DNA of 43,059 nucleotides from Hyphomonas sp. (GTDB lineage Bacteria > Pseudomonadota > Alphaproteobacteria > Caulobacterales > Hyphomonadaceae), in NCBI GenBank assembly GCA_041744615.1, contig JBGTKN010000069.1, positions 1 through 43,059 on the forward strand. The letters run 5' to 3'. The position numbers were made by a program, and so were the translations under genes. The notes beneath the pieces are model-generated. The model saw only the letters and a list, made by a program, of their open reading frames with translations, was not told the origin of the DNA and made no database searches. The number at the start of each line of letters is the position of its first letter. Position 1 is the stretch's first letter. Of this stretch, positions 1 through 11,188 are shown one piece after another.

Positions 1-405
1 CGTGAACACACCGCGCGGCGCCGCCTGGATTTCCTCGCGCAGCTTGTCGTCCTTGAGCGCCCGGTTGCCCTCGAAAATGACCCGGTTGATGATCGGGTTT
101 TCGACCACGCGGATCACCAGATCGTCTTCACGCCGGTCAATCGATACATCTGCGAAGAGATTCGTGGCAAACAGGGTCTTCAGCGACAGATCAATCCGGT
201 CCGGATCAAATGCGTCGCCAGGCTCCACGAGCAGGTAAGACTGCACGGTGCGCGCCTCGATGCGCCGGTTGCCCTCCACGATGATCGAACGGATCGTGCC
301 GCCATAGCGTACGTCTTCCTGAGCATGGGCTTGTGTGAGCTGCCCGGTTGCTCCCAGGGCCAGGGCACTGGTTGCGAAAACTGTCGCTGCGAGGAATTTA
401 CGCAT
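1..405 (-). CDS. bamA: Outer membrane protein assembly factor BamA, 5' part (runs off the left edge)
   Basis: Hand translation from ATG at 405 gives MRKFLAATVFATSALALGATGQLTQAHAQ (signal peptide), then IRSIIVEGNRRIEARTV...LFATNLFADVSI...VVENPIINRVIFEGN (POTRA domains). Canonical position after rseP. Absent from the ORF track because there is no stop in the window. Confidence 0.95.
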   Translation of the reverse strand, partial: MRKFLAATVFATSALALGATGQLTQAHAQEDVRYGGTIRSIIVEGNRRIEARTVQSYLLVEPGDAFDPDRIDLSLKTLFATNLFADVSIDRREDDLVIRVVENPIINRVIFEGNRALKDDKLREEIQAAPRGVFT

Positions 406-441
406 TCTCGAATACTCTTTCGTTCCTGGAGCTGAACGGCG

Positions 442-1608
442 TCAGCTGCTTCCCCGTCCGAAAACGCCGGTTTCGAGAATGTCCCCCCAAGTGATCACAA
501 CCACCATGGCCACCAAGACCAACACTCCCGCACGCAGCGCCATCGCCTCAATATGGCTTGGCATTTTTGAGCCTATCAATGCCTCGTATGCATGAAACAC
601 TACCCGCCCGCCATCCAGCACTGGCAGTGGCAACAGGTTGAAGAAACCGACACCTACTGAGATTGCCGCACACAGGCTCAGGAGCACCCAGAACAGGTGT
701 TCCAGCCGCGCCATCAGCGGGATTTCGGCGTTCTCCATGACGGTGTTGACGATACGCCTCGACACATCCCCGACGCCCACGGGGCCAGTCAATGTGTGGA
801 AAGACATGTTGCCCGTCACAATCTGTCCGAGCATCGTGACAGTCCGGTCAATCGCCACGCCGGTTTCCTGAACGCCGGCAATCACTGATTCGACGGGTCC
901 GTAGCGAAGGCGGTCAAACGTCTCTGACGAGTACATCTGGATGCCTATGGTGCTTTGCGCCACCCGCTGGCCGAACGCGTTGTCGCGAACGACCTCCACC
1001 GGCACTACTGTCAGGGTTTGTTCGACTCCGTCCCGGTCGATCAGGAATTCGAGCGGCGTATTGGGGCTGAGCAGGACAGCGACCGTTACGTCCGACGCGT
1101 TGCGGATCGGCGTTCCATTGGCCTCGAGGATCTGATCCCCGGCGAGGATTCCGGCCGCTTCGGCGGGCATGCCCGGCAGGGTTTCGGCAATTTTGATCGA
1201 CTGGACCGCGACGCCGTGAACACCGATAGAAAGGGCGAAAATGAGAGCTGCGAGCACAAAATTGGCGAACGGGCCCGCCAGACTGATTACGATCTTCTTG
1301 AGCGGCCCGACATCATCGAACGGCACGCCTTTCGGGGCTTCCGGCGCATCAGCGGCGTCCTCGGTGGATTGCTTGTCCACGAACGCCACAAAGCCGCCCA
1401 GCGGGATCCAGTTGATGCGCCAGCGCGTTCCGCGCTTGTCCCGCACCTCGACCATTGGGCTTCCGAACCCGACCGCGAAGGACTCAACTGCGACATTGAA
1501 CCAGCGGCCGGCCACATAGTGCCCGAGTTCGTGCACAACGATCACGATGCCCATCAGGAACACGAGGCATGCGATGAACAATGGGCCCTGGCTGATTACC
1601 CCTTCCAA
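442..1608 (-). CDS. rseP: Intramembrane zinc metalloprotease RseP (M50 family, one PDZ domain)
   Basis: HELGH and NLLPLPVLDGG motifs. Start reassigned to TTG at 1608, preceded by AGGAGG with a 9-nt spacer; the ORF-track start at 1788 lies deep inside dxr. Confidence 0.93.
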   Translation of the reverse strand: MEGVISQGPLFIACLVFLMGIVIVVHELGHYVAGRWFNVAVESFAVGFGSPMVEVRDKRGTRWRINWIPLGGFVAFVDKQSTEDAADAPEAPKGVPFDDVGPLKKIVISLAGPFANFVLAALIFALSIGVHGVAVQSIKIAETLPGMPAEAAGILAGDQILEANGTPIRNASDVTVAVLLSPNTPLEFLIDRDGVEQTLTVVPVEVVRDNAFGQRVAQSTIGIQMYSSETFDRLRYGPVESVIAGVQETGVAIDRTVTMLGQIVTGNMSFHTLTGPVGVGDVSRRIVNTVMENAEIPLMARLEHLFWVLLSLCAAISVGVGFFNLLPLPVLDGGRVVFHAYEALIGSKMPSHIEAMALRAGVLVLVAMVVVITWGDILETGVFGRGSS

Positions 1609-2810
1609 GCGACCATTCCTCCTGCCCGGTTCGGGGCTTGCTTCAAAACGTCCCCGGCGAGCTGGCGTCCATAGTCGTCCAGGAACGCGACTTCTTCCAG
1701 CGTTGTGCACTTGGTAGAGGCGAAATCTGAGGATGAAAAGCGGTCCAGAGCGGCTTCCACAGCCCAGGCTATGTCCAGAAAGCCACACTCGCCTCCGACA
1801 AACGCCGAAACCGCTGATTCATTAGCAGAATTTAATATCACTGGCCCCGCCGGCCCGAGGCTGAAAGCGCGCCGGGCAATGTCAATGGACCGGAACCGGC
1901 GGGCATCTACCGGGACGAAATCGAGCTGCCCGATCTGAGCGAGATCCAGACGGTCAACAGTGGTCTCGATCCGGTCCGGCCAGCCGAGCGCAAGCGATAT
2001 TGGGGTGCGCATGTCAGGCGAGCCGAGCTGCGCAATCACCGACCCGTCCGTGAAATGGGCCATGCCGTGCACGATGGATTGAGGGTGAACCAGAACATCG
2101 ATCCGCTCGGCCCCAACCTTGAACAGGATCGCCGCCTCGATAAGCTCCAGCGCCTTGTTCATGAGTGTGGCGCTGTCGATGGAAATCTTCAGGCCCATGC
2201 TCCATTTTGGATGGGCGGCCGCCTGCGCCGGCGTTGCCTTTGCCATATCTTCCAGCGAGGTGGTCCGGAAGGGCCCGCCGGAAGCGGTGAGCGTCAGTTT
2301 GTCGAGCGACCGGCCGTCACCGATACACTGGAAGATCGCGCTGTGTTCTGAATCGACCGGCAGGATCGACACATTCGCCTTTGCAGCGGCATCGACAAGG
2401 ATGGATCCAGCGCAAACGATGCTTTCCTTGTTGGCGAGGGCGAGGTGGTTGCCCGCCCTCACCGCCGCCATCGTTGACTTCAGGCCAGCCGCGCCGACTA
2501 TCGCGGCCAGGAACCGGTCACAAGGGCGCTCAGCGGCGTCTATCATCGCCGCTTCCCCGGCGGCGGCGGCGATGCCGCTTCCCTCAAGGCGGGAACGCAG
2601 TTCCGGCAGCCTGCCTTCGTCGGCAATGACCGCGATCTGCGGGCGCATATCCAACGCCTGTTCGGCAAGCGCTTGCGCGTTTTGCCCGGAAGCGATTGCC
2701 ACCACCTCAAACCGCTGTTCAACGCGGTTGGCGTGCCGAATGACCTCGATGGCCGAGCGGCCAACGGACCCCGTAGACCCGAAAATGGAGATGCGCCGAA
2801 TACCTGTCAT
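1596..2810 (-). CDS. dxr: 1-deoxy-D-xylulose-5-phosphate reductoisomerase
   Basis: GSTGSVG, LANKES, PVDSEH, TASGGPF, HPKWSMG and DSATLMNK motifs. Confidence 0.97.
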   Translation of the reverse strand: MTGIRRISIFGSTGSVGRSAIEVIRHANRVEQRFEVVAIASGQNAQALAEQALDMRPQIAVIADEGRLPELRSRLEGSGIAAAAGEAAMIDAAERPCDRFLAAIVGAAGLKSTMAAVRAGNHLALANKESIVCAGSILVDAAAKANVSILPVDSEHSAIFQCIGDGRSLDKLTLTASGGPFRTTSLEDMAKATPAQAAAHPKWSMGLKISIDSATLMNKALELIEAAILFKVGAERIDVLVHPQSIVHGMAHFTDGSVIAQLGSPDMRTPISLALGWPDRIETTVDRLDLAQIGQLDFVPVDARRFRSIDIARRAFSLGPAGPVILNSANESAVSAFVGGECGFLDIAWAVEAALDRFSSSDFASTKCTTLEEVAFLDDYGRQLAGDVLKQAPNRAGGMVAWKG

Positions 2811-2813
2811 GGG

Positions 2814-3632
2814 TCAAAGACCTAGCAGGCGCGGCACTGCCGGAACACTCAGAAAAATCAACGTCGCAAAGATGGCGACAGCACCGAGACCGTCCACCCG
2901 GTCGAGCAGTCCGCCATGGCCGGGCAGGATCGTGCCCGAGTCTTTAACCTTGAACCGCCGCTTCAGGCCGCTTTCAAAGAGGTCTCCCGCCTGGGCACTC
3001 ACGGAAATCAGCATTCCGGCGATCATCCAGGGCAGTATCTCGGCGCTCTCCCATCCTGCCGCCAAATACCCGCAAAATCCACAGGCCAGGACAGCTGCAA
3101 TCGCCCCGCTCCAGGTCTTGTTCGGGCTCTCCTTCGGCAGAAGCCGGGGGCCTCTTATCATCCTTCCAAAGAAGTAGGCCGCGGCATCGGAGGCCCAGAC
3201 AAATGACATGAAGTACATGGCCGCCAGACGGCCGTCCCAGGGCCCTTCCCTCAGGGTGTAGAGTCCAAACACCATCGCGAAGACATAGATGACGCCAAAC
3301 CCGCCCGCTATCTTTGCCTCTGCCGAGCGCGCGGATGTCCACACTGCCAGCACCGCAGAAGCGATAAAAATTGAGAGAGTAACGACAAAACCCGGCAAAG
3401 CGAGGCTAAGCCCGAATAACGCCGCGAGAGCCGCCAGGACCCATTCGCGGGGCGTTGCGCTCATTCTGCACCACTCGAACATCATCACGGCGCAGAACGC
3501 ACTGCATCCGAGGGCCAGCCACCAGGACCCCATCCAGACTGCAAACAATGCAAATGGAATGAGAACGAGAGCGGTCAGCAGGCGCATAGGTAACTCGGAG
3601 AACCGCTTGTCCGGCGGTGTCCAATCGCCCAT
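2814..3632 (-). CDS. cdsA: Phosphatidate cytidylyltransferase
   Basis: Hydrophobic protein with SPNKTWSG and KRRFKVKDSGTILPGHGGLLDRVD. Confidence 0.96.
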   Translation of the reverse strand: MGDWTPPDKRFSELPMRLLTALVLIPFALFAVWMGSWWLALGCSAFCAVMMFEWCRMSATPREWVLAALAALFGLSLALPGFVVTLSIFIASAVLAVWTSARSAEAKIAGGFGVIYVFAMVFGLYTLREGPWDGRLAAMYFMSFVWASDAAAYFFGRMIRGPRLLPKESPNKTWSGAIAAVLACGFCGYLAAGWESAEILPWMIAGMLISVSAQAGDLFESGLKRRFKVKDSGTILPGHGGLLDRVDGLGAVAIFATLIFLSVPAVPRLLGL

Positions 3633-4390
3633 CAGGTTGCTCCAGGCGTAACCGCCCCAAATCGCCGCTCACGTTCATGATAGCGCGTGATCGCGTTCTC
3701 CAGATGCGACTTGCCGAAATCCGGCCAGAGCACATCGACGAACAGCAATTCCGCATATGCAGCCTGCCAGAGCAGGAAGTTGCTGATCCGATACTCACCG
3801 CTGGTCCGGATCACGAGGTCCGGGTCCGGAAGGTCCTTCGTATCCAGGAATTGCTCAAACCCGGCATCGGTGAGTTCACCAGTAACCTCTCCCGCAGCGA
3901 TGGCGCGGGCATAAGCCGCCGTAGCACGAAGGATCTCGTTACGGGCACCGTAGTTGAACGCAATAGTCAGGTGGAACTTGCTGTTTGCCGCCGTTTCACG
4001 TTCCGCGCGGTCGACCAGTTCGGCGATGTCGGGCGGCAGACCTTCGCGCTGCCCGATCACCCGCACGCGCACGCCATCCTCCTTCAGCCGCGACAGATCA
4101 CGCTGAACATAGGCTTTGAGCAAACCGAACAGCGTATTGACCTCTGCCGCCGGCCGGCGCCAGTTTTCGGTCGAGAAGGAAAACACCGTCAGGTAGCGTA
4201 TGCCGAGGTCGCCGGCAGCCTCGACTGTTCGGCGCAAAGCTTCGACGCCGCGCTCGTGACCCGCCGTCCGCGGCAGCCCCCGCGCCTTCGCCCAGCGCCC
4301 GTTTCCGTCCATTATGATGGCCACATGTTGCGGCGCTGGCGGATCGCCGCCAGCATGGGATAGTTCAGGAGATGTCCCTGGGCGGGCCAT
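3632..4390 (-). CDS. uppS: Undecaprenyl/isoprenyl diphosphate synthase
   Basis: [22 protein letters not shown] and [16 protein letters not shown]. Confidence 0.97.
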   Translation of the reverse strand: MARPGTSPELSHAGGDPPAPQHVAIIMDGNGRWAKARGLPRTAGHERGVEALRRTVEAAGDLGIRYLTVFSFSTENWRRPAAEVNTLFGLLKAYVQRDLSRLKEDGVRVRVIGQREGLPPDIAELVDRAERETAANSKFHLTIAFNYGARNEILRATAAYARAIAAGEVTGELTDAGFEQFLDTKDLPDPDLVIRTSGEYRISNFLLWQAAYAELLFVDVLWPDFGKSHLENAITRYHERERRFGAVTPGAT

Positions 4391-4944
4391 TACACCTGCA
4401 TGATCTCCGCTTCTTTGGCTTTAACCATCTCGTCGACACGCGCGACATAGGTGTCCGTCAGTTTCTGAACCTCATCCGAGAGCGACCGGGCTCGGTCTTC
4501 ACCGATCTCGCCCGCCTTCTCCATCTTCTTTAGAGCGTCCATTCCATCCCGGCGCACATTGCGAACCGCCACACGGGCAGCTTCGGCATACTTGCCGGCG
4601 ATCTTGGTGAGTTCGACCCGGCGCTCCTCGTTGAGAGCAGGAATCGGCAGGCGGAGCGTCTGACCATCCATAATGGGGTTGAGACCAAGGCCGGACTCGC
4701 GGATTGCGCGGTCAACAGCCCCGACGACCGCCTTGTCCCAGACGTTCACGGACAACATCCTCGTGTCGGTCACGGTCACCGACGCAACCTGGCTGAGCGG
4801 CGAGACGCCGCCATAAGCCGGCACGTTGATCGAGTCGAGCAGATTGACCGAAGCGCGGCCGGTTCGAAGGCCGGAAAACTCGGTGGCCAGCGAGGAAAGC
4901 GCACCCTCCATTCGCCGTTCGATGTCCTGTTTGTCATAGCTCAT
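4390..4944 (-). CDS. frr: Ribosome recycling factor
   Basis: LRTGRAS, GLNP, EERR and RVAVRNVRR; located between pyrH and uppS. Confidence 0.97.
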   Translation of the reverse strand: MSYDKQDIERRMEGALSSLATEFSGLRTGRASVNLLDSINVPAYGGVSPLSQVASVTVTDTRMLSVNVWDKAVVGAVDRAIRESGLGLNPIMDGQTLRLPIPALNEERRVELTKIAGKYAEAARVAVRNVRRDGMDALKKMEKAGEIGEDRARSLSDEVQKLTDTYVARVDEMVKAKEAEIMQV

Positions 4945-5696
4945 TCAGTCAACCCTCCAGTTTTGGAGATCGTCGTGGAAGTTCCTCGCCCATGCAAGAC
5001 GTTCAAGAGCGAGCCTTCCTCCTTGAGGGAGAAGACGACGATCGGGATATTGTTGTCGCGCATCAGGCTGACAGCAGACGGATCCATGACTCGGAGGTTC
5101 TTGATCAGCAATTCGTCATAGGCGACATGTTCGTAGCGGGTTGCCGACACATCCAGCTTCGGATCCGCCGTATATACACCGTCCACCTGCGTCCCCTTCA
5201 GCAGCGCATCGCAATTCATCTCGATGGAACGCAGGGCTGCGCCGGTATCGGTCGTGAAGAACGGGTTGCCGATACCTGCTGCGAAGATCACGACGCGGCC
5301 CTTTTCCATGTGCCGCTGGGCCCGGCGGCGGATGTAGGGTTCGCATACGGCGTCCATGCTCAGTGCCGATTGCACGCGCGTGGGAACCCCGATGCCCTCA
5401 AGCACGCTCTGCATGGCGAGAGCGTTCATGACGGTTGCCAGCATACCCATGGAATCCGCCTGTGCGCGTTCCATGCCCTTGGCAGCGCCCGCCACGCCCC
5501 GGAAAATATTGCCGCCGCCGATCACGAGGCAGATTTCAGCACCCGCCGCGCGGGCTGCAGCAATCGCCTGGGCGAAGGTGATGCAGGTCGGAATATCGAT
5601 GCCGAACTGGCCGGGGCCCATGAGAGCCTCTCCGGAGAGTTTTAGCAGCACGCGCCGGTATTTCAGCGGGCTCTTTTCAGTCTCATCTGCCGGCAT
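4941..5696 (-). CDS. pyrH: Uridylate kinase
   Basis: [17 protein letters not shown] and [11 protein letters not shown] at 5696 chosen; alternative GTG at 5705. Confidence 0.96.
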   Translation of the reverse strand: MPADETEKSPLKYRRVLLKLSGEALMGPGQFGIDIPTCITFAQAIAAARAAGAEICLVIGGGNIFRGVAGAAKGMERAQADSMGMLATVMNALAMQSVLEGIGVPTRVQSALSMDAVCEPYIRRRAQRHMEKGRVVIFAAGIGNPFFTTDTGAALRSIEMNCDALLKGTQVDGVYTADPKLDVSATRYEHVAYDELLIKNLRVMDPSAVSLMRDNNIPIVVFSLKEEGSLLNVLHGRGTSTTISKTGGLTE

Positions 5697-5726
5697 TCTT
5701 TTCACCGATCTTTCTCAACTGTACCC

Positions 5727-5762
5727 AAAAAAATCCCGGCTGTGCGAAACCGCCAGCCGGGA
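5727..5762 (-). terminator. Rho-independent terminator after tsf
   Basis: - strand TCCCGGCTG...CAGCCGGGA stem followed by T7. Confidence 0.85.
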
Positions 5763-5800
5763 CTGTTCAAAGCCCCTCACGGGCATAAAGGCAAGCCTGA

Positions 5801-6706
5801 TCAGGAGCCTTTTGTCATCGACGCGACTTCCGCCGCGAAGTCGGATTCTTCCTTTTCGACGCCCTCGCCGAGCTTGAAGTGCACGAATGCCTTCAGCGTC
5901 GCGCCCTGCGCCTTGAGGAATTCCCCAACGGTCTTGTCAGGGTCCATGATGAACGGCTGCTCGACCAGGACGACTTCCTTATAGAACTTCTGCATCCGGC
6001 CCACGATCATCTTCTCGATCACCGCGTCCGGCTTGCCGCTTTCGCGGGCTTGTTCGGTCAGGACGCGTTTTTCCGATTCGATCAGTGCAGGGTCGAGTTC
6101 AGCCGTGGTCGCGGCGGCCGGCGAGGTCGCCGCGATGTGCATCGCCACCTTGCGGCCGGCGTCGTCCAGGTCGCCTGAGCCTTCGAGTGCCACCAGAACG
6201 CCAACCTTGCCCATCCCGGGCGCGGCAGCGTTGTGGATGTACGAAGCCACGCGGCCCGAAGCCGAGAGTTTGGCCGAGCGGCGAAGCGTCATGTTCTCGC
6301 CGATCGTCGCGATCATGCGTTTCACCATGTCGTCGACCGTGCCTTCGCCATCCGGCGACTTGGCTGCCGACACGGCCGCAACCGTACCGTCGGTGGCAAG
6401 CGCCACGTTCGCGATGCCTTCGAGAGCTTTCTGGAAGCCCTCGTTGCGCGACACGAAATCGGTTTCCGAGTTCAGCTCGACAATCGCGCCGGCCTTGCCG
6501 TCCGCTGCAACCTTCACGGCCACGAGGCCTTCAGCGGCAGCGCGGCCGGACTTCTTGGCAGCCTTCGACAGGCCTTTCGCGCGCAGCCATTCGATCGCTG
6601 CGGCCTCGTCACCGTCGTTTTCGACAAGGGCCTTCTTGGCATCCATCATGCCTGCGCCGGTTTTCTCGCGCAGTTGCTTTACAAGTACTGCTGTAATCTC
6701 AGCCAT
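5801..6706 (-). CDS. tsf: Elongation factor Ts
   Basis: [28 protein letters not shown] and MHIAA. Confidence 0.98.
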   Translation of the reverse strand: MAEITAVLVKQLREKTGAGMMDAKKALVENDGDEAAAIEWLRAKGLSKAAKKSGRAAAEGLVAVKVAADGKAGAIVELNSETDFVSRNEGFQKALEGIANVALATDGTVAAVSAAKSPDGEGTVDDMVKRMIATIGENMTLRRSAKLSASGRVASYIHNAAAPGMGKVGVLVALEGSGDLDDAGRKVAMHIAATSPAAATTAELDPALIESEKRVLTEQARESGKPDAVIEKMIVGRMQKFYKEVVLVEQPFIMDPDKTVGEFLKAQGATLKAFVHFKLGEGVEKEESDFAAEVASMTKGS

Positions 6707-6749
6707 GGCTTTGATCCTTCGTTAGATTTTTTAGCGCCGAAGCGCAGTT

Positions 6750-7541
6750 TCAGGCGTCGCCAGAAGCCGCTTCGCCCGCAACTTCAACGTCCGCATCGGC
6801 CATCATGCCGACATCCGACATCGCGCCGAGGTCGACGCCAAGACCGGCTGTCGATTCCGCCAGGCCGTCGAGCACCGCATCCGCAAACAGGTTGCAGTAG
6901 AGCGAGATCGCACGTGCGGCGTCATCATTGCCCGGGAAGCCGAAATCGGCATCTGCCGGATCACAGTTGGTATCGAGCACGGCCACGACCGGGATACCCA
7001 GCTTGCGGGCTTCCTGGACAGCGATCGCTTCCTTATTGGTGTCGATGACGATGATCGCAGCCGGCAGGCCGCCCATCGCCGCAATGCCGCCAAGGGCACG
7101 CTGCAGCTTGTCGCGGCGGCGCTGCAGGTCGAGCAGCTCTTTCTTGGTCAGGCCCGAACCGCCACCGGCGTCAAACATGGCCGTCAGGTCGCGCAGCTGC
7201 TTGATCGAGTTGGAGACCGTGCTCCAGTTCGTCAGCGTGCCGCCGAGCCAGCGGTGGTTCATGTAGTATTGCGCACAGCGCTGGGCAGCTTCTGCCACCG
7301 GATCCTGCGCCTGGCGCTTGGTTCCGACGAACAGGATACGGCCGCCCTTGGCGACGGTATCGCGCACAAAGACGAGCGCCTGGTGCAACGACGGCACCGT
7401 GTGGGACAGGTCCATGATGTGGATGCCGGAACGCTCGCCGTAGATGTACGGCTTCATGCGCGGGTTCCAGCGGTGGGTCTGGTGACCGAAGTGAACGCCA
7501 GCTTCGAGCAACTGACGCATCGAGAAGTCAGGTAGGGCCAT
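6750..7541 (-). CDS. rpsB: 30S ribosomal protein S2
   Basis: [26 protein letters not shown] and PGNDD. Start reassigned to ATG 7541 after GGAGA. Confidence 0.98.
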   Translation of the reverse strand: MALPDFSMRQLLEAGVHFGHQTHRWNPRMKPYIYGERSGIHIMDLSHTVPSLHQALVFVRDTVAKGGRILFVGTKRQAQDPVAEAAQRCAQYYMNHRWLGGTLTNWSTVSNSIKQLRDLTAMFDAGGGSGLTKKELLDLQRRRDKLQRALGGIAAMGGLPAAIIVIDTNKEAIAVQEARKLGIPVVAVLDTNCDPADADFGFPGNDDAARAISLYCNLFADAVLDGLAESTAGLGVDLGAMSDVGMMADADVEVAGEAASGDA

Positions 7542-7620
7542 AGATTTTCTCCATCCGGTTGGCCGTCGCAGGGTGGAACTACGGGTTTGACCCCGTCGCA
7601 CCGGATGCACCCGCGACATG
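7542..7620 (-). promoter_or_regulatory. Structured rpsB 5' leader (probable S2 autoregulatory RNA)
   Basis: Complementary pairs 7608-7617/7565-7575 and 7600-7607/7552-7559, plus inner hairpin 7581-7596. rpsB leaders are known S2-regulated elements. Confidence 0.65.
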
Positions 7621-7635
7621 GTTTAAGTCAGCGCT

Positions 7636-7663
7636 CCTATACAGCTTCCGGCGGCCCCGGCAA
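7636..7663 (-). promoter_or_regulatory. Putative sigma70 promoter for rpsB-tsf
   Basis: - strand TTGCCG-N16-TATAGG just upstream of the structured leader. Confidence 0.4.
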
Positions 7664-7687
7664 GCCCAAACAGCCGCATTCACCGCC

Positions 7688-10600
7688 TCAGGCAGCCCTT
7701 CGCGGTACCACCCGTTCAACTCCCGGAATCTCCTTGAGGGCACGCTGGGCCCGCAGGCTGATCGTGTAGGTTTGGGGGAGTTTGACCGTGACCAGCCGGC
7801 CGTCCTCCAGCGGCATTTCCAGCATGATAGAGCCCCGGTCGGGGTCGGCGAGGCCTTCTAGCCGGTGGACCACGCTGGCCAGTTCGGACGGATTGGTACC
7901 GGCGGATAGCCGGACAACCAGCAATCCGGAAGGTTTCGACAGGCGCGCGGCCTCAAGTTCGATCACCCGCTCGACAATGAAGCGGGTCTCGTCTCCGTTC
8001 TGCTTGACCGAAACAGTCAACGCGATCGCTTTTCCGGGTTTCAGCAAGTCGCCGTATTGGATCAGCGCTTCACTATACACGGTGACTTCGCGCTCTCCGG
8101 TGGGGTCCGACACTGTCAGGAAGGTGAATTTTGAACCATTCTTGCTGGTCCGGTCGTTGCGGGCCCGGACAATGCCGATCATCTCGAGTGGACGCCCCTC
8201 CCCTGCGCGCTCCTCGATTTCCATCATCAGAGTGATCCTGTCGCGGTCCAGCGAGACCAGCACGTCGTCCAGCGGGTGGCCGGAGAAGTAAAAGCCGATG
8301 GACCGGAACTCCTCGTCCAGCCTGGCCTGGGCGGTCCAGGGCCTGGGGGCAGGAAGTGGTGGCCGCAGAGCAGGTTCGGCGTCCGCGAACAGACCTCCCT
8401 GCCCGCCCTGACGGTCGCCCGCAGAACTGGTGGCATGCTGGGAGAGCACGCTGGCGCATTCGAACACTTTCGAACGGTTGGGCTCGAGACCGTCGAGCGC
8501 GCCTGCGCGGGCCAGAGATTCGAAGGCCTTCTTGTTAACCTGCCGCGGATCGATCCGCTCGGCGAAGTCATAGAGGTCCCTGAACGGTCCGCCGTCGCTG
8601 CGAATGGCCGCGACGTGTCGCATGGCTTCGACGCCGACGCCTTTCAGCGCGCCAAGCGCATAGACGATGGCGCCGTCGTGCACGTCAAAGTCGGCGCCGG
8701 AGGTGTTGATGTCGGGAGCCAGCACGGGGATGCGGAGGCGCTTTGCTTCCTGGAAGAAGGCGGCCAGCTTGTCGGTATTGCCGATATCAAGGCTCATCGA
8801 GGCGGCGAGGAATTCGACCGGGAAGTGGCACTTCAGGTAACCGGTCTGATAGCCAACCAGCGCATAGGCCGCGGCGTGGGATTTGTTGAATCCGTAGCCG
8901 GCGAATTTTTCCATCGTATCGAAGATTTCGTTGGCGAGGTTCTCGGCCATGCCCTTGGTGCGGGCGGCGCCGTCCACGAAACGCATGCGCTGCGCGACCA
9001 TTTCCTCTATCTTCTTCTTGCCCATCGCCCGGCGAAGCAGGTCAGCCTCGCCGAGCGAATAGCCCGCAATTTCCTGCGCCATGCGCATGACCTGTTCCTG
9101 ATAGACCGGCACACCGTAAGTGGCTTCCAGAACGGGGCGAAGGTCCGGGTGCTGGTAGCGAACGGAACTCGGATCGTCCTTGCCCTGAACATAGACCGGA
9201 ATGTTCTCCATCGGACCGGGCCGATAAAGAGAGATGATCGCGATCACGTCCTCGATATTGTTCGGCCGCACGCGCCGCAGCGTGTCGCGCATGCCCGAGC
9301 CCTCAAGCTGGAACACACCGAGCGTCTCGCCGCTGGCCATCAGGTCATAGGTGGCGGCGTCATCGAGGCTGCGCCAGCCGGGGCCTACTTCCTTGCCGCC
9401 TGCCGCGATGAACTTCATGGCACGGTCGATGACAGTCAGCGTTTTGAGGCCCAGGAAGTCGAACTTCACGAGGCCTGCCATCTCGGCATACTTCATGTTG
9501 AACTGCGACGCGGGCAGTTCCGCACGCGGATCATTGTAGAGCGGTACGAGATTGACCAGCGGCCGGTCAGCGATCACTACACCGGCGGCGTGAGTACCGG
9601 CGTTGCGGTAGAGACCCTCCAGCGCGCGCGCAATCTCGATCAGCTCACCGACGCGGGCATCTGCTGCGATTTCGTCGTCGAACTTGGGCTCGCCTGCGAT
9701 GGCCTCATCGAGCGTCGGCGGCTTGGCCGGATTGAACGGAATCAGTTTCGCGAGCCGGTCCACCTGATGGTAGGGCATTTGCATCACGCGGCCGACATCG
9801 CGCACTACGGCCTTCGCCTGCAGCGTGCCGAACGTGATGATCATCGCAACACTGTCAGCGCCGTACTTGTCGCGGACATAACGGATCACTTCGCCGCGCC
9901 GTTCCTGGCAGAAGTCCACGTCGAAGTCCGGCATCGAGACGCGTTCGGGGTTCAAGAAGCGCTCGAACAGAAGGTCAAACCGGATGGGATCAAGATCAGT
10001 GATGAGCAAAGCCCAGGCGACCAGAGATCCGGCTCCCGAACCCCGGCCTGGTCCAACGGGAATGCCGTTTGACTTTGCCCATTTGATGAAGTCCGAAACG
10101 ATCAGGAAGTAGCCTGGAAATCCCATGCGCTCGATGACGCCCAGCTCGAAATCGAGCCGTTCGAGATACACGCTGCGGTCTGCATACAGACGATCCGCTT
10201 CGGCAAGGCGCAGCTCAAGCCCTTCTTGCGCCTGAAGCCGAAGTTCTGCCGGCTCCGACCGCCCGCCTTGGGTGAACCCCGGAAGGATCGGATTGCGCGT
10301 TTCGGCCCGAACCGCGCAACGTTTTGCAATCTCGACCGTCGAGGATATGGCCTCCGGCAAATCGGCGAAGAGTGCGCGCATCGCGGCGGGCGACTGGAGA
10401 TACTGCGACCGCTCCACGCGCTTGCGGTCATCCTGTCCGAGGTATTCGCCATTTGCGATGCACATCAGCGCATCATGCGCCACAGCGTCATCCGGTTTCA
10501 GGAACCTGGCATCGTGCGTGCCGACGATGGGCAGGCCGAGCTCGTAAGCAAGTTCGAGCAAGCCCGGCTCAACCCTGGCTTCGGCGTGTGTCCCGTGGCG

Positions 10601-11110
10601 GGTGATCTCCACATAGCATCGGCCCGGATAGGCGGCGGCGAGCGTCGAGAGCTCCGTGCGCGCATCGACCATCCTTCCCTTCTGGATATGCCGCGCGACC
10701 TCGCCTTCAGCGCCGCCGGTGAGAAGAATGAGCCCCTCCGTATCCTCCAGCAGCAAGCGGCGATGCAGCTTAGGCACGCCGTCCGGCGCATCCAGGAAAG
10801 CGCGCGAAGACAAAAGCATCAGCCGTTGATATCCGGCGTCATTCTGGGCGTAGAGCGAGAGTCGGGCCGGCTCTGACCGCGGCGCACCGTCGCTGACATC
10901 GAAGCAACAGGCCATGATCGGCTGCACGCCGTATTCGGAGAGCTTGAGCGACAGTTCGAGCGCGCCGAAGAGGTTGTTCCGGTCGGTCACCGCTGCGGCG
11001 GGTACACCATTGTTCTTGCACCACTTTGCGATGTCCGACGGCGTGATCATGCTTTCGAGAAGCGAATAGCTTGACCGGATTGCCAAGGGGATAAAAAGCG
11101 GAGCGTCCAT
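7688..11110 (-). CDS. dnaE: DNA polymerase III alpha subunit
   Basis: PHP N-terminus, [36 protein letters not shown] and YGFNKSHA; 1140 aa with no intein-sized insertion. Confidence 0.98.
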   Translation of the reverse strand: MDAPLFIPLAIRSSYSLLESMITPSDIAKWCKNNGVPAAAVTDRNNLFGALELSLKLSEYGVQPIMACCFDVSDGAPRSEPARLSLYAQNDAGYQRLMLLSSRAFLDAPDGVPKLHRRLLLEDTEGLILLTGGAEGEVARHIQKGRMVDARTELSTLAAAYPGRCYVEITRHGTHAEARVEPGLLELAYELGLPIVGTHDARFLKPDDAVAHDALMCIANGEYLGQDDRKRVERSQYLQSPAAMRALFADLPEAISSTVEIAKRCAVRAETRNPILPGFTQGGRSEPAELRLQAQEGLELRLAEADRLYADRSVYLERLDFELGVIERMGFPGYFLIVSDFIKWAKSNGIPVGPGRGSGAGSLVAWALLITDLDPIRFDLLFERFLNPERVSMPDFDVDFCQERRGEVIRYVRDKYGADSVAMIITFGTLQAKAVVRDVGRVMQMPYHQVDRLAKLIPFNPAKPPTLDEAIAGEPKFDDEIAADARVGELIEIARALEGLYRNAGTHAAGVVIADRPLVNLVPLYNDPRAELPASQFNMKYAEMAGLVKFDFLGLKTLTVIDRAMKFIAAGGKEVGPGWRSLDDAATYDLMASGETLGVFQLEGSGMRDTLRRVRPNNIEDVIAIISLYRPGPMENIPVYVQGKDDPSSVRYQHPDLRPVLEATYGVPVYQEQVMRMAQEIAGYSLGEADLLRRAMGKKKIEEMVAQRMRFVDGAARTKGMAENLANEIFDTMEKFAGYGFNKSHAAAYALVGYQTGYLKCHFPVEFLAASMSLDIGNTDKLAAFFQEAKRLRIPVLAPDINTSGADFDVHDGAIVYALGALKGVGVEAMRHVAAIRSDGGPFRDLYDFAERIDPRQVNKKAFESLARAGALDGLEPNRSKVFECASVLSQHATSSAGDRQGGQGGLFADAEPALRPPLPAPRPWTAQARLDEEFRSIGFYFSGHPLDDVLVSLDRDRITLMMEIEERAGEGRPLEMIGIVRARNDRTSKNGSKFTFLTVSDPTGEREVTVYSEALIQYGDLLKPGKAIALTVSVKQNGDETRFIVERVIELEAARLSKPSGLLVVRLSAGTNPSELASVVHRLEGLADPDRGSIMLEMPLEDGRLVTVKLPQTYTISLRAQRALKEIPGVERVVPRRAA

Positions 11111-11188
11111 GGTGCCTACCTCTGAGGCGTGAGACTCGCACCGAATCGGTCAGAACGCCAACGGACAATGGCGGTCTTCCACAGCCTC

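Noticed and set aside
8276-10072. 598-aa + strand ORF antisense to dnaE, and similar long antisense ORFs (2119-3177, 12484-13533, 29498-31003, 31353-32342, 32446-33537)
   Set aside because: They mirror well-conserved genes and show no recognisable motifs. High GC3 codon bias suppresses stops on the opposite strand.
11175-11183. TCTTCCACA as a DnaA box upstream of dnaE
   Set aside because: Two mismatches to TTATCCACA and only a single copy.
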